The translations under genes and the position numbers were made by a program. 64,000 nt of DNA from Schmidtea nova (Eukaryota), in the NCBI GenBank assembly GCA_044892505.1, contig CM097883.1, forward strand, positions 407,092,001 to 407,156,000. The letters are read 5' to 3'. Below the pieces are notes generated by a model that worked only from the letters and a program-made list of their open reading frames with translations, made no database searches and was not told where the DNA came from. Positions within the stretch are counted from its first letter, which is position 1. Every line of letters begins with the position of its first letter. Below, in pieces: positions 37,701-48,145 of this stretch.

Positions 37701-38043
37701 GAAATAAAGAAATTGTTGTCCTGGAAAATCCAAAAGGAAATCATGGCAAAACTTATACGTGCAGCGAACGAGGAAACGATTATTGTTTTAGAAACAAGAA
37801 TAGAGAACGAGCCAAATTAAAGACCAAGCACACAACCATCAGAGGTATAGGATTCAACGTTGATGAAAATAACAGCAGAAATGTTGCGAGGATAAATTAC
37901 TATGGTAAAATAGTTAAAGACGTATGTTTGACCTCAAGAGGAAAAATTGGCTTTTTCAATTCCAAGATTCATGGGATTACGGAAGTGGCCAGCAGAAATC
38001 AAAATGATCAATATCCTGAAATGAAATATATTCAGAGGCTAAC

Positions 38044-41000
38044 GTGGGGGAAATATTAATAGGCCACGATAGATCAACTGTATGGGACACGGGATCTCGC
38101 AGCCGCTCAAATACTGCAAAGAATGAACATAGCCCGATAATGAAGAGTCCGAAAAAAATTTTTGATGATACACCCGCCGTTAACCAGTGCTTAGTTGAAT
38201 GTCTTCACATAGACATTCCTAGCACTGGTCAGAAAGAAGATCCTGATCAAGCTATTATTTTATATAAAAACAATAACTTAATTTTTCCTTCTAGAACATC
38301 ATCCTTACAACCTCTCGAAACTATGAAGAAATACAACAAAACCCAGAATTTTTCCATCAACATTAAACTATCCTTATCAAACCCTAATCCCAATTCTACT
38401 TTTGTAAATACCACCGATGGAACTCTCAACCCAAATGATCATAAAATAATATCCCAAAAATCAGAGAATTTGAAATCCAAAAAAATTACAGAATCTATAA
38501 CTAAGTCTGAAGAATTCAATTCTAATTTAGAAATTTTTACTAATAAAAATTTCAAAAATGAAAATAGTGGAAGTCATCACTACTTTAATAATAAAAATTA
38601 CCATTCAAATCAAGAAACTTCTAATAAATCCTATAGCAAAGAATATCATAATAAAAATTTAAAAAATAAAAATTTCAATTTCGAAAACTATGAAAAATAT
38701 GATAATAACACCAATTATTATAAAAATACTGAAGAACCTTATAAAAAATATCAACTTAAAAACTATGAAAATAATAAAAATAAAATACCAAAATTTGAAA
38801 ATAAAGAAGAATATTATAACACCAATGTAATGAATACAGAAGATTATATAAAAATTAAAAAATTTAACTTTTTAAATGATTATTATCAAAAAAATCGAAA
38901 ATATTTTAAAAGACTCGAAAAAATTCCTATAAATAGAATTATTTTCGAAATTTTAAAATCAAAAGCATTTTTTGAAAATAGGGAAAATTTGTTTAAATTA
39001 AAAGCAAATTTCAGAGTTCCCGATAATGAAGAGTCCGAAAAAAATTTTTTGCCCCCCTGCGGGGGGCAAAAAACTCGTCCGCCTTCGGCGGACAAACAGA
39101 ATGTAAATATCCCAGCAACTGAAAAGAAAGAACTATTCGGTTTTGAGAAAGAACCAAGATATCGTAACATCAGAAAAATTAAAACTAATCAATCTATTAC
39201 TCCTACAAAATCAACAACAACATCAATCATCCCATCTACTTCAATGGTCCCACCAACATCAAGTGTCCCACCAAACTCAATTGTCCCAGCAATATCACTC
39301 GTCCCTTCAACATCAAAAGATCCTTCAACATCTAATGCTTCTCCTACATCTAATGCTTCTTCAACATCAAAAACTCCTTCAACATCAAATAACCCATCAA
39401 AACCAACAGATCTTCGATCTTCAACTGCCCCTACAACATCAACTAATCCTTCAACATCTACTAAGCCTTCAACATCAACTGCTCCCTCAACATCAACTGC
39501 TCCGTCAACATCAACTGCTCCGACAACTGCTCCGTCAACATCAACTAATCCTTCAACATCAACTGCTCCCTCAACATCAACTGCTCCTTCAACATCAACT
39601 GCTCCCTCAACATCAACTGAACCTTCAACCCCAACTGCTCCTCTTAAATCCCTCCCAAACATAAATACCACACAAATTACTACCCCCACTGTCCCGAATG
39701 ATATTGCCAAAGCAAATCTGTATTACTCATTTTATAAACCCTCTATACAGATCAAAGGAAAACCTGATGAAATATTCCAAATCATTGAAAAAACTCCAGT
39801 TAACTGGGATATCTTTAATCAGGAAAGGCTTATAAAAACTGAAGAAATCAAAAATTTTAACAATTCACAAATTAGAGTATTAGTGAAAGAATATGCCTCG
39901 CTCCTCTTCTCACTGAACAACATTAAACAAGAAAATTTGAAACTACTTCAAGCTGCAAATGAAAACTTTATTGTCTGGAAACCAATACTCGAAAAAATAG
40001 GTGGAATCAGAGATTTCATTAAAATTAAGAACTTACAGAAAGAAGTCATTGAAGATTTATTTAAAAAATATCACAATTTTTACACCACTCCATCAACTAC
40101 TCCATCAACATCTACTATTCCCCTAACGTCAACCACTAACTCAAAATGTACGGGTCCTTCAACATCTACTGACCTTTCAACATCTACTACTCTTTCAACA
40201 TCTACTACTCTTTCAACATCTACTACTCTTTCAACATCTACTACTCTTTCAACATCTACTACTCTTTCAACATCTACTACTCTTTCAACTTATTCTACTC
40301 CTTCAACATCTACTGGTCTCTTGACCTGTACTGCTCCTTCAACAACGACTAACCCTTCAACATCTAATGATCCCTCAACCTCTACTGCTACTCCAACAAC
40401 CACTGATCTTTCAACATCTACTAATCCCTCAACTTATAAACAATCAAACAATATCTTCATCTTCGGTTCTACACCCTCAAATCCTACAAATCTTTCATGT
40501 AACACTAATATCCACAAATACAATACCAGATTGAATACTAAAATTATCTCTCTCCCAGATAAAGAACAGACTGCTTCCTATTACAGAACTTATAATCCAA
40601 TACCCTCCGAAAAAAGAAAACCACTTGAAATATTTAATATCATCCATAAAACTCCAATTTTCTGGGATATATTTAACAAAAATAAGAAACTCACCACTAA
40701 GGATATTTGCTCGATGAATGAAAAAACAATTGAAGACCTGATAAATCACTATATCGTTTTCTTCTCCTCCCCTCCACTTCATCTGGATAAATCAAAAACT
40801 TTCCAAGTAATTCATAACGATATATACAACTGGCTCCCTGCCTTGGAACTATGTGGAATCACAGACTACCTTACCCTATGCAACTTATCAGCAAACGACA
40901 TGAATAAACTTAACTTTGAATACAACAATGAAAGTACTCAATCACAAAAAGACCTCATTGAATTTGCAGGAGAATCCATGTTCAATACTACCCAAAGACC

Positions 41001-41304
41001 TATTGAGAAAATTTATGCATCAGTTAGCATTATCGACCTGATGTATGACATCTCCAAATTAAAAAATAAAATGATTAATAATGAAGAAAAGAGAATTTCA
41101 ATATCACACTGCAAACCCCCAACTTGGTTCCCTCTCTTATGCATCCTAGGTGAGGACGCCATCGATTATCTAGAAATATCAAAATCTGAATTCATTAAAA
41201 TGTTGATTAAAGCCCAAACATTTCATAAAGAAAGTCACTTTGTATCAATTGACCCTCCTGAAGATGACCTGGATAAAATGATGTGTGAATATTTACACAT
41301 ATAA
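38044..41304 (+). CDS. Uncharacterised 1086-aa protein with N/K/Y-rich and PST-rich segments and a duplicated ~120-aa domain
   Basis: An uninterrupted 3.26-kb frame in very AT-rich DNA, with internal repeats at ~39712-40080 and ~40570-40923. Confidence 0.6.
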   Translation: MGEILIGHDRSTVWDTGSRSRSNTAKNEHSPIMKSPKKIFDDTPAVNQCLVECLHIDIPSTGQKEDPDQAIILYKNNNLIFPSRTSSLQPLETMKKYNKTQNFSINIKLSLSNPNPNSTFVNTTDGTLNPNDHKIISQKSENLKSKKITESITKSEEFNSNLEIFTNKNFKNENSGSHHYFNNKNYHSNQETSNKSYSKEYHNKNLKNKNFNFENYEKYDNNTNYYKNTEEPYKKYQLKNYENNKNKIPKFENKEEYYNTNVMNTEDYIKIKKFNFLNDYYQKNRKYFKRLEKIPINRIIFEILKSKAFFENRENLFKLKANFRVPDNEESEKNFLPPCGGQKTRPPSADKQNVNIPATEKKELFGFEKEPRYRNIRKIKTNQSITPTKSTTTSIIPSTSMVPPTSSVPPNSIVPAISLVPSTSKDPSTSNASPTSNASSTSKTPSTSNNPSKPTDLRSSTAPTTSTNPSTSTKPSTSTAPSTSTAPSTSTAPTTAPSTSTNPSTSTAPSTSTAPSTSTAPSTSTEPSTPTAPLKSLPNINTTQITTPTVPNDIAKANLYYSFYKPSIQIKGKPDEIFQIIEKTPVNWDIFNQERLIKTEEIKNFNNSQIRVLVKEYASLLFSLNNIKQENLKLLQAANENFIVWKPILEKIGGIRDFIKIKNLQKEVIEDLFKKYHNFYTTPSTTPSTSTIPLTSTTNSKCTGPSTSTDLSTSTTLSTSTTLSTSTTLSTSTTLSTSTTLSTSTTLSTYSTPSTSTGLLTCTAPSTTTNPSTSNDPSTSTATPTTTDLSTSTNPSTYKQSNNIFIFGSTPSNPTNLSCNTNIHKYNTRLNTKIISLPDKEQTASYYRTYNPIPSEKRKPLEIFNIIHKTPIFWDIFNKNKKLTTKDICSMNEKTIEDLINHYIVFFSSPPLHLDKSKTFQVIHNDIYNWLPALELCGITDYLTLCNLSANDMNKLNFEYNNESTQSQKDLIEFAGESMFNTTQRPIEKIYASVSIIDLMYDISKLKNKMINNEEKRISISHCKPPTWFPLLCILGEDAIDYLEISKSEFIKMLIKAQTFHKESHFVSIDPPEDDLDKMMCEYLHI

Positions 41305-41339
41305 AAAATCTCTATCTCCCAATCAATCCTATCTTCCTG

Positions 41340-41830
41340 AATCCAATCTCCTGCTCTTAGATTCACACCTGCTCAACATTTTCAATCTCCCAATCAATTG
41401 TTGATCCTACTCACACAATTCCACAACATGTTCACCGAAACAAACTACTACCTCCTGCTCTAAGATTCGCACCTGCTCAATATTCTCAATCTCTCAATCA
41501 ATATTCACACCGATCCTCAATATTCACACCTGCTCAACATTTTCAATCTCCCAATCAATTGTTGATCCTACTCACACAATTCCACAACATGTTCACCGAA
41601 ACAAACTACTACCTCCTGCTCTAAGATTCGCACCTGCTCAATATTCTCAATCTCAATCAATATTCACACCGATCCTCAATATTCACACCTGCTCAATATT
41701 CTCAATTTCCCAATCAATAGTCAATCCTACCCACACCATTCAACAACATGTTCTCCGAAAAATACTAATACCTCCTGCTCTTAGATTCACACCTGCTCAA
41801 TATTCTCAATCTCTCAATCAATACTCTCCT
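41340..41830 (+). repeat. Tandem ~180-bp repeats in the 3' region of the poly(A)-tailed element
   Basis: Repeated cacctgctcaacattttcaatctcccaatcaattgttgatcctactcacacaattccacaacatgttcaccgaaac… units. Confidence 0.85.
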
Positions 41831-42008
41831 CCTGATCCAACAATCCAGTGTCCCTAAACCAGACATTGGCTAGAAGTTTATGAAAATGCTAAAATAAGCT
41901 GGAACTAATGTCTCTGCCCTCAGGGGTGGGACTCGTTAGCCTGTCTCCTCGGAGCAGAAGTTTTTTTTTAAATAAAATTTGTAGGCCCACTTATCAGGGT
42001 GGGTCGCC

Positions 42009-42052
<44 letters not shown>

Positions 42053-42099
42053 GTCGCGAGAATGGTTTAAACTACAGACTGTAGCATGGTGAATATGCG

Positions 42100-42847
42100 G
42101 AGTTTGGGATGCACACTGCGCTGGAGAATGTCATAACGATAAGGAAAATATACAAACGGATGGAAAACCATTAGATTTACGACAGTGATTCCCAGAAAAC
42201 AACCGTCAAAAAAGTATTATCTAAAGTTTAGATATTCTTGAAATGATGAAACAGCATGTATTCGTTCTTAGCAAAGAAATGTCTCACTATTTTCCTGATC
42301 TGCGAGAATTAGAAAAACACCATCGTTTTATCACTAACCCATGTGAAGTATCCATTAGTGACCTGCCTTCGGACGACAATTTAGTTCAGGAACAATTTAT
42401 TGATTTAATAAACGATGAGGGTGCAAAACATGTTTTCCGTGGAACTTGCTGTAGTAACTTTTGGATTGAAATGGCACTGTCCTATCCTGATGTTGCAAAG
42501 ATGGCTCTAAGAGTCCTCATTCCATTTGCAACCACCTATGAGTGTGAGTCGGCTTTTTCTACACTACTTACAATTAAAACAAAAGCAAGAAATAGATTAT
42601 GCGCGACAAATGATATGCGAGTTGCACTGGCCAAGACAAAGCCAAACCTAGAAGCTCTAGTTCTGGAAAAACGCCTGCATTCGTCGCATTAAAATTGTTA
42701 TTTAACTTTTACGATGTAATATTTTCTCAATATATATGTTTTATTTGCTATACCTTTTTTATTTTTTATTATTAGGGGTCCGCAAGCTATCTAACAACTT
42801 TTAAAGCGACCGCCTCGCAGAAAATTTCAAAGAATTTGAGAACCGCT
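42100..42847 (+). mobile_element. 3' end of a hAT (Buster/Charlie-type) transposon
   Basis: ORF 42243-42692 encodes the hAT dimerisation domain (FW…YP…A.RVLIPFATTYECESAFS). The right TIR TTTGAGAACCGCTG ends at 42847. Confidence 0.85.
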
Positions 42848-42936
42848 GATCTAAACGAATACAAAAATTTTATATACCAACATATCCAAATCAACTCGGA
42901 ACCAATGGGCAAAAGTTAGCACAAATCCCGGAGAAC

Positions 42937-43182
42937 ATGGCTATGGAACCAATCGATCTGACAAATGAAGACATAGTAATGGAAGAAAGTGAAGTTCCTC
43001 CTATTGATTTGAGTTGGGCACTGGAAACACAGATAGATCCAATTGAATTTGGCCCAATATCTAGAGAGATTAACGAAATGAAAAGTAAAGCAGATATAAC
43101 AATCGAAGTCAGCAAGACCATATTATACAGCGGTGTTATCTATGAGCGAGAAGAAACGATTGTTCGGTACAAAAATGGATAA
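42937..43182 (+). CDS. Small acidic ORF (81 aa) just upstream of a PPT/3' LTR; putative LTR-element accessory ORF
   Basis: Intact ATG-to-stop ORF, MAMEPIDLTNEDIVMEE…, followed by a PPT. Confidence 0.4.
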   Translation: MAMEPIDLTNEDIVMEESEVPPIDLSWALETQIDPIEFGPISREINEMKSKADITIEVSKTILYSGVIYEREETIVRYKNG

Positions 43183-43249
43183 ATATTTACTTATATGTAT
43201 AAATAAATATATAGATTCGAAGTCGAATCTTAAGTAAAGGGGAGAGGTA

Positions 43250-44016
43250 TGTTACGGTTTAGTAAAAATTAGTCAAATACAAAAGCAAAAACCATAAAAA
43301 CTTAGCAAAAATCAATAAAGTATAAAATTTTAAAAATTAATTAAAATTTAGAAAAAAAGATAACAGAGAATTAGAGGGGTAAATTGGTATAGGTGGATGC
43401 CGAATACTGAGACGAATTCAAAAATAATAAAACAAAATTAAGGGGGGGGGGGGTCCCGAGAATAAAAGAATGAACAAATTAATTAAGAATTAATTGTCTA
43501 ATGGGAAAACCGAGACAATGGAGAGCCCGAATAATGTGTGAAGCTCGGACGAGCAATATGACAGAAAAAGAGTAACTTAAAAGGAGACCCGAAGAGAGTA
43601 GCCGACAGATAGATAATAAGTAATTTAGGAAATGTCAAATCGGAAACTACCGTCAGACAGCTTCAGCATGAGCAATATAAAAAGGAGAGGCAAACAACAA
43701 ATTTTGTCAGAATGGTCGAAGAAAAAAGTAAGTAAATTTCGAACGAGAGAACCAGGTAAACGAGTTAGGAGCGACTGTTAAAAAGTTAGAAGTTAAATTC
43801 ATTCTTCAAGCGTACCAGAAAGGGAGATTTTCCTTTGGGAGACTTATCCCTACGCTGAATTAGAAAAGTAGTTCCATAAAAGTTATTGTGAAATTTTGTA
43901 GAGACTTGGTGTGTTAGAAATTGTGTCAGAGAATTGTGATAGTTTCGAATAAATTTTTCTGTATTGGGTTATTTCATTGAATTTAGTTTAAAGAATACCG
44001 AGGGTTCAGACTAACA
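43250..44016 (+). mobile_element. 3' LTR of an LTR retrotransposon (767 bp)
   Basis: Polypurine tract AAAGGGGAGAGG (43236-43247) immediately before TGTTA…TAACA inverted termini; AATAAA near the 3' end. Confidence 0.8.
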
Positions 44017-44941
44017 GCACCGACTAAACAAGCAAAACCCACCAATTATAAATTATAGATAAGTAACAATAATAGTAATAAATAAACAGATGATATTTCT
44101 ATAGGTCAGAAATAACCAAATTAGTAATGCTAATGTCAAATCAACCCACGCGAAATTTGCAAACAACTATATAAGCTGATTACAAAACCAGTTGAGTAGA
44201 AGTTAATTTTAGAAATAAAATTTGTTGAGAGAAAGTGTAAGAGAATTGATTAACTAGAAGTTTTGAAATCTGAATTCTGTTAGAGAAATTTTGCTAGAAA
44301 CTTATCAATCACGAAAAATATCATAGTTGAAATCTAAATCAATTGAGGAATTTACTTAGGTAATAATTATTTAATTATAGCACTAGTAATTTATCACTGC
44401 TAATCTGTATTTTTTGAAGAAATAAATTGAGTGGAAAACATTAGTATTCGTACTATTTTGTTTTCTCCTAGATCAAAGTTTTAGAAGGGTTGAGACAATC
44501 GCGTAAGATTTCTGGAACTCCACCATTTTATTACCTTCCTCTTAGTCGGAGCTGTTGAGCCAATTAGGTCCAGCTTTCGTTGCTTAATTTTCTGAGGACG
44601 GTTTGAATAATCGATATCTAACTAAGATAAATCTTTTGCAACAATCGTGCTATTTTTGGAAATACTGAAACATATTTTTTAATTGTAAATTGTAATATTT
44701 CAATGAATTTATTTGTAGAAACATTTGTTCTTCTTTACATGCAACACATACATTTTATTTATAAAAGGGGTTATCGTTTGGAGTCCGATAACCGAGTGAT
44801 TTATCAAAACAATTCAGATCTTGTGTTCACTCGTAACCACTGATACGAACCGAACAATTGGTCAAAAATGGTATTCCAAGTTATTTCCAAGTTATTTTGC
44901 CCCTGGTTGAACGATGAAATCAAAAACCGATAGCAGCGGGG

Positions 44942-46830
44942 TTGTTACTAGTAAATAATTTTACAGTACAGAAAAAATATATGGAATTTATTGGACAATT
45001 TTATCCAACGAAGAAAAAATGGCATTTCAGTACAGCAATTAATTGTTACCTTTGTAAAAAACCAATAATGGAAAAAGTGAGAGACCATGATCACTTAACC
45101 GGAAAATATCTAGGAGCTGCATGTAATTTATGCAATAAACAACGAAAAGTTAGCGAAGCATTACACCATATATTGAAATACGGACTCAATAAGTTTCCTC
45201 ATTGGAGTCTCAGTTGCATTCCAACATTAATCGCGTGATTGGGCAATTTCACAGTACGATTTATTGACTCATACCAATTTGCAAACACATAGTTATGAAA
45301 AGCAGTAAAAAAATTAACTATTTTACCATTCACTCGATCAGAATTTAATATACAAACAGTAATTGACAGTAAAGAAATATTTCCATACGATTTTGTCACC
45401 AGTCAGGAAATCCTTGAAACAACAACGGAGTTGCCACTTATTTGGGAAGTAGTTACCATAGAAGAATATCAAAATGCACAATAAATTTGCCAAGAAACAA
45501 TGTGTGAAACATTAATGAATGCGTTTTTGCTTGCTGATTTCTTCCAACAATTTATAGAAAGATCAAAGGCACATAATGGAATGGAATACCTTGAAGGTCT
45601 TGGGCACCTACATTCATGATTTTAAAAGAAACAGTGGAATTATTAACTGATATGGAAATGATAATAATTCGACTTCATTATAAATCTACTCAAAATTCCC
45701 ACAAGGCAAGTTTTATTTACAAATGTGAGAACACCACGAATCCAGCGTTCGAAGAAATTATACATCATTATCATATGGATACACCTTGGAAGTGGACTTG
45801 GTGATTCCTAACAGCATTCAAGATTTATTAGATGATTTTCCAGTCGCAGCTGAAAAAATGTGCCCACCGAATTCAACAGTACCTAAATTATTATTATTAA
45901 CACATAATCAGAAAAATAATTATGTTATTCATTGGCGACTTTTAAAATTATATATAACCCTCGGAGTGGAAGTTGCCAATATACATAGGGCAATTAAATT
46001 TACAAGAAAAGAAATACTGAAAGATTGCCGAATCCCTCAACAGTTTAGACCAGGATTTCTATAAATTATTTAATAATATCGTTTACGGAAAAACCGTTGA
46101 GAATTTGAATAAGAGAATAAATCTCAGATTATGTAGCAACGCAGAAAATTTGATTACATACACATCAAAACGAACATTTAGGAGATCTATAAAAATTGAG
46201 GATGATTTGATAGCGCTTTTGCTAAATAAAGAAATAGTATGTTTAGATAGGCCTAGCTATATCGGACAAACAGTGCTGAACTTATCTAAACTTAGAATGT
46301 AAGAACTACAGTACATTGGACTGGCAAAATATCGAGCACAGTTCAACTGTCAAATAAATATTATCGCCGGAGATACAGATTCACTCTTCCTTAAATGCTA
46401 TTATGTGAAACTGAGAGCACAATTATTTCCTGCAATGATTGCTGACAGATTATTAGACAAGAGCAATTACGATCCAAATGATCTATTATATAGCAGAAAC
46501 TTGTATTCGATAATTGGAAAATTTAAGGACGAGAGCAAGGGGAAGGCTTATAAAGAATGGATATTTCTCAGACCCAATTGTTATAGCCTTTTAGTAGAGG
46601 ATGATGATGCTGTAAATAAAGTAAAGGTGTAACATTGAAAGGAACAACAATTACACATCAAACATATGTAGATTGTTATCATGGAATAATATAGCGAAAG
46701 TTAAACAATCACGGTTTGTTTCAAGAAATCATCAATTCTTCACATTTAGAATAGAAAAGGTAGCCTAACAAATAATGACGATAAAAGGGTTTGGGATAAT
46801 AAGAGCTCCACACATGGGCATTTTAATATT
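44942..46830 (+). pseudogene. Polinton/Maverick-type DNA polymerase B pseudogene with an N-terminal endonuclease-VII-like Zn domain
   Basis: CYLC…VRDHDHLTGKYLGAAC..CN; DDFPVAAEK; PKLLL; YGKTVEN; LDRPSYIGQTVLNLSKLRM; AGDTDSLF; IGKFKDE; FLRPNCYS. Many frameshifts and stops. Confidence 0.82.
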
Positions 46831-46834
46831 TTAG

Positions 46835-47640
46835 ATGAGGAAGCGAATAATATTTTTCCAGATTATGAGGAATCAAATAATATTTTTCCAGAATATGAGG
46901 AATTTGATTATAACGATCAATTATAGTGATAATATTATTATTAAAAATTTTCTGTTGATGTTACAATATGCCCGATTTTGTATTTATTTGTGTAAATTTA
47001 ACTATTATTATTATTTTTTTAAAGATATTAAAATGTGATTGCCCAGCTAACAGATAATTGCATAGCTAACTGATGATTGCCTAGCTAACTACTGATTGCC
47101 TATCTAACTGTATCTGATCGACAAAAAATTGCCCAACAATCAATTCAAACAATCCAAAACAATGAGAACGCACCAACAGTCCTCTTCAGGGCCACAAATA
47201 TTGATTGAATATGACCAAAATTTAGTTTATCAGAGATATAAAAGTTTTTTGTCAATTTATTGTTTTTTGTCGTTTTTATTTATTGTTTTTATTATTATTT
47301 TTTAAGCTGCTGTTCGAATATACACGACAGAAATTCTGATGCTGCTCGCGATGGTGATGAAATTTTCAATTTGGTAATTTTTATTATTATTATTTTTTTT
47401 AAACTGATGTTCCAATATACAAAAAATTCTGATTGCCATACAATCAATTCAACTAATTGATTCGATTCAATCAATCAATAATAACGCACCGCCGGTCCTC
47501 TTTAGGGCCACAAATAATGATTGATAAAAATATTAATAACTTCTAATAAATCATGTGTCTTTGTTAGTCATGCACATTAGAGCATGTGTTTTTGTTAGCT
47601 ATGCGCTATTAGTGCGTGTGTCTTTCTTAATCATGCATGT
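46835..47640. repeat. Cluster of short tandem and dispersed repeats after the PolB relic (30-, ~20- and ~32-bp units)
   Basis: atgaggaa…aataatatttttccaga x2-3; gcctagctaact units; aacgcacc…gtcctct..agggccacaaata x2. Confidence 0.6.
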
Positions 47641-48145
47641 ATATTTCAATGTCATAGTTAATGTTTCAAAGACAATAAAAGAAAAAACATAATAAAACAT
47701 TTATTTAAACAATGACATTATATTTTAACATCCTTTCTTCACATGTTGATATGACTTTCCAATGGATGTGTTATGAATTGTTACCTCCCGTTAAATTTTG
47801 TTATTATTATTTTTTTTAATTGTTAAAATAAATTAAAATAAAATACGAATTACAAATTATTACAATAGAAAAATTCTATAGAAATAAAAAAGCCAATTAT
47901 AAAAATTTGAAAATTAACTAAAGAAGCGATAACAAACAGAAATTATATAATAACAAGAGAAATTAAAAAGAAAAAGCATCAACGAAGCCAGAACCACAAT
48001 TATCTATTTTCTTTCCCATCGAGAATATTGATAGAAGATAAGAAAAATCAAAGAAATAACTGAAAATTAAACAATCCTATACGTGAGTAGTGGTTCAGTT
48101 ATATAATATTTTATTAAATAAAAGTTGTTAAATTATTTTTTGTTT

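Larger units (their letters stand above)
37361..42051 (+). mobile_element. Poly(A)-tailed non-LTR-like element with an ORF1-like gene and no recognisable EN/RT
   Basis: ATG at 37434, broken N-terminal frames (TGA 37548, frameshifts), long ORF 38044-41304, tandem-repeat 3' region, AATAAA at 41971 and 39 A at 42013-42051. The 5' end is lost in the gap. Confidence 0.6.

Noticed and set aside
38070-38130. Possible CCHC zinc knuckle (INCMGHG…KYCKE) in another frame of the poly(A) element
   Set aside because: It needs several substitutions and a frameshift to fit C-x2-C-x4-H-x4-C, which is too speculative to call.
39025-39097. Hammerhead-ribozyme-like string (TGAAGA GTCC…GGAC AAAC; also TGAAGAG TC CGAAA)
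   Set aside because: The core C3 is A, the long version lacks G12, and I found no stem I/III pairing or cleavage triplet.
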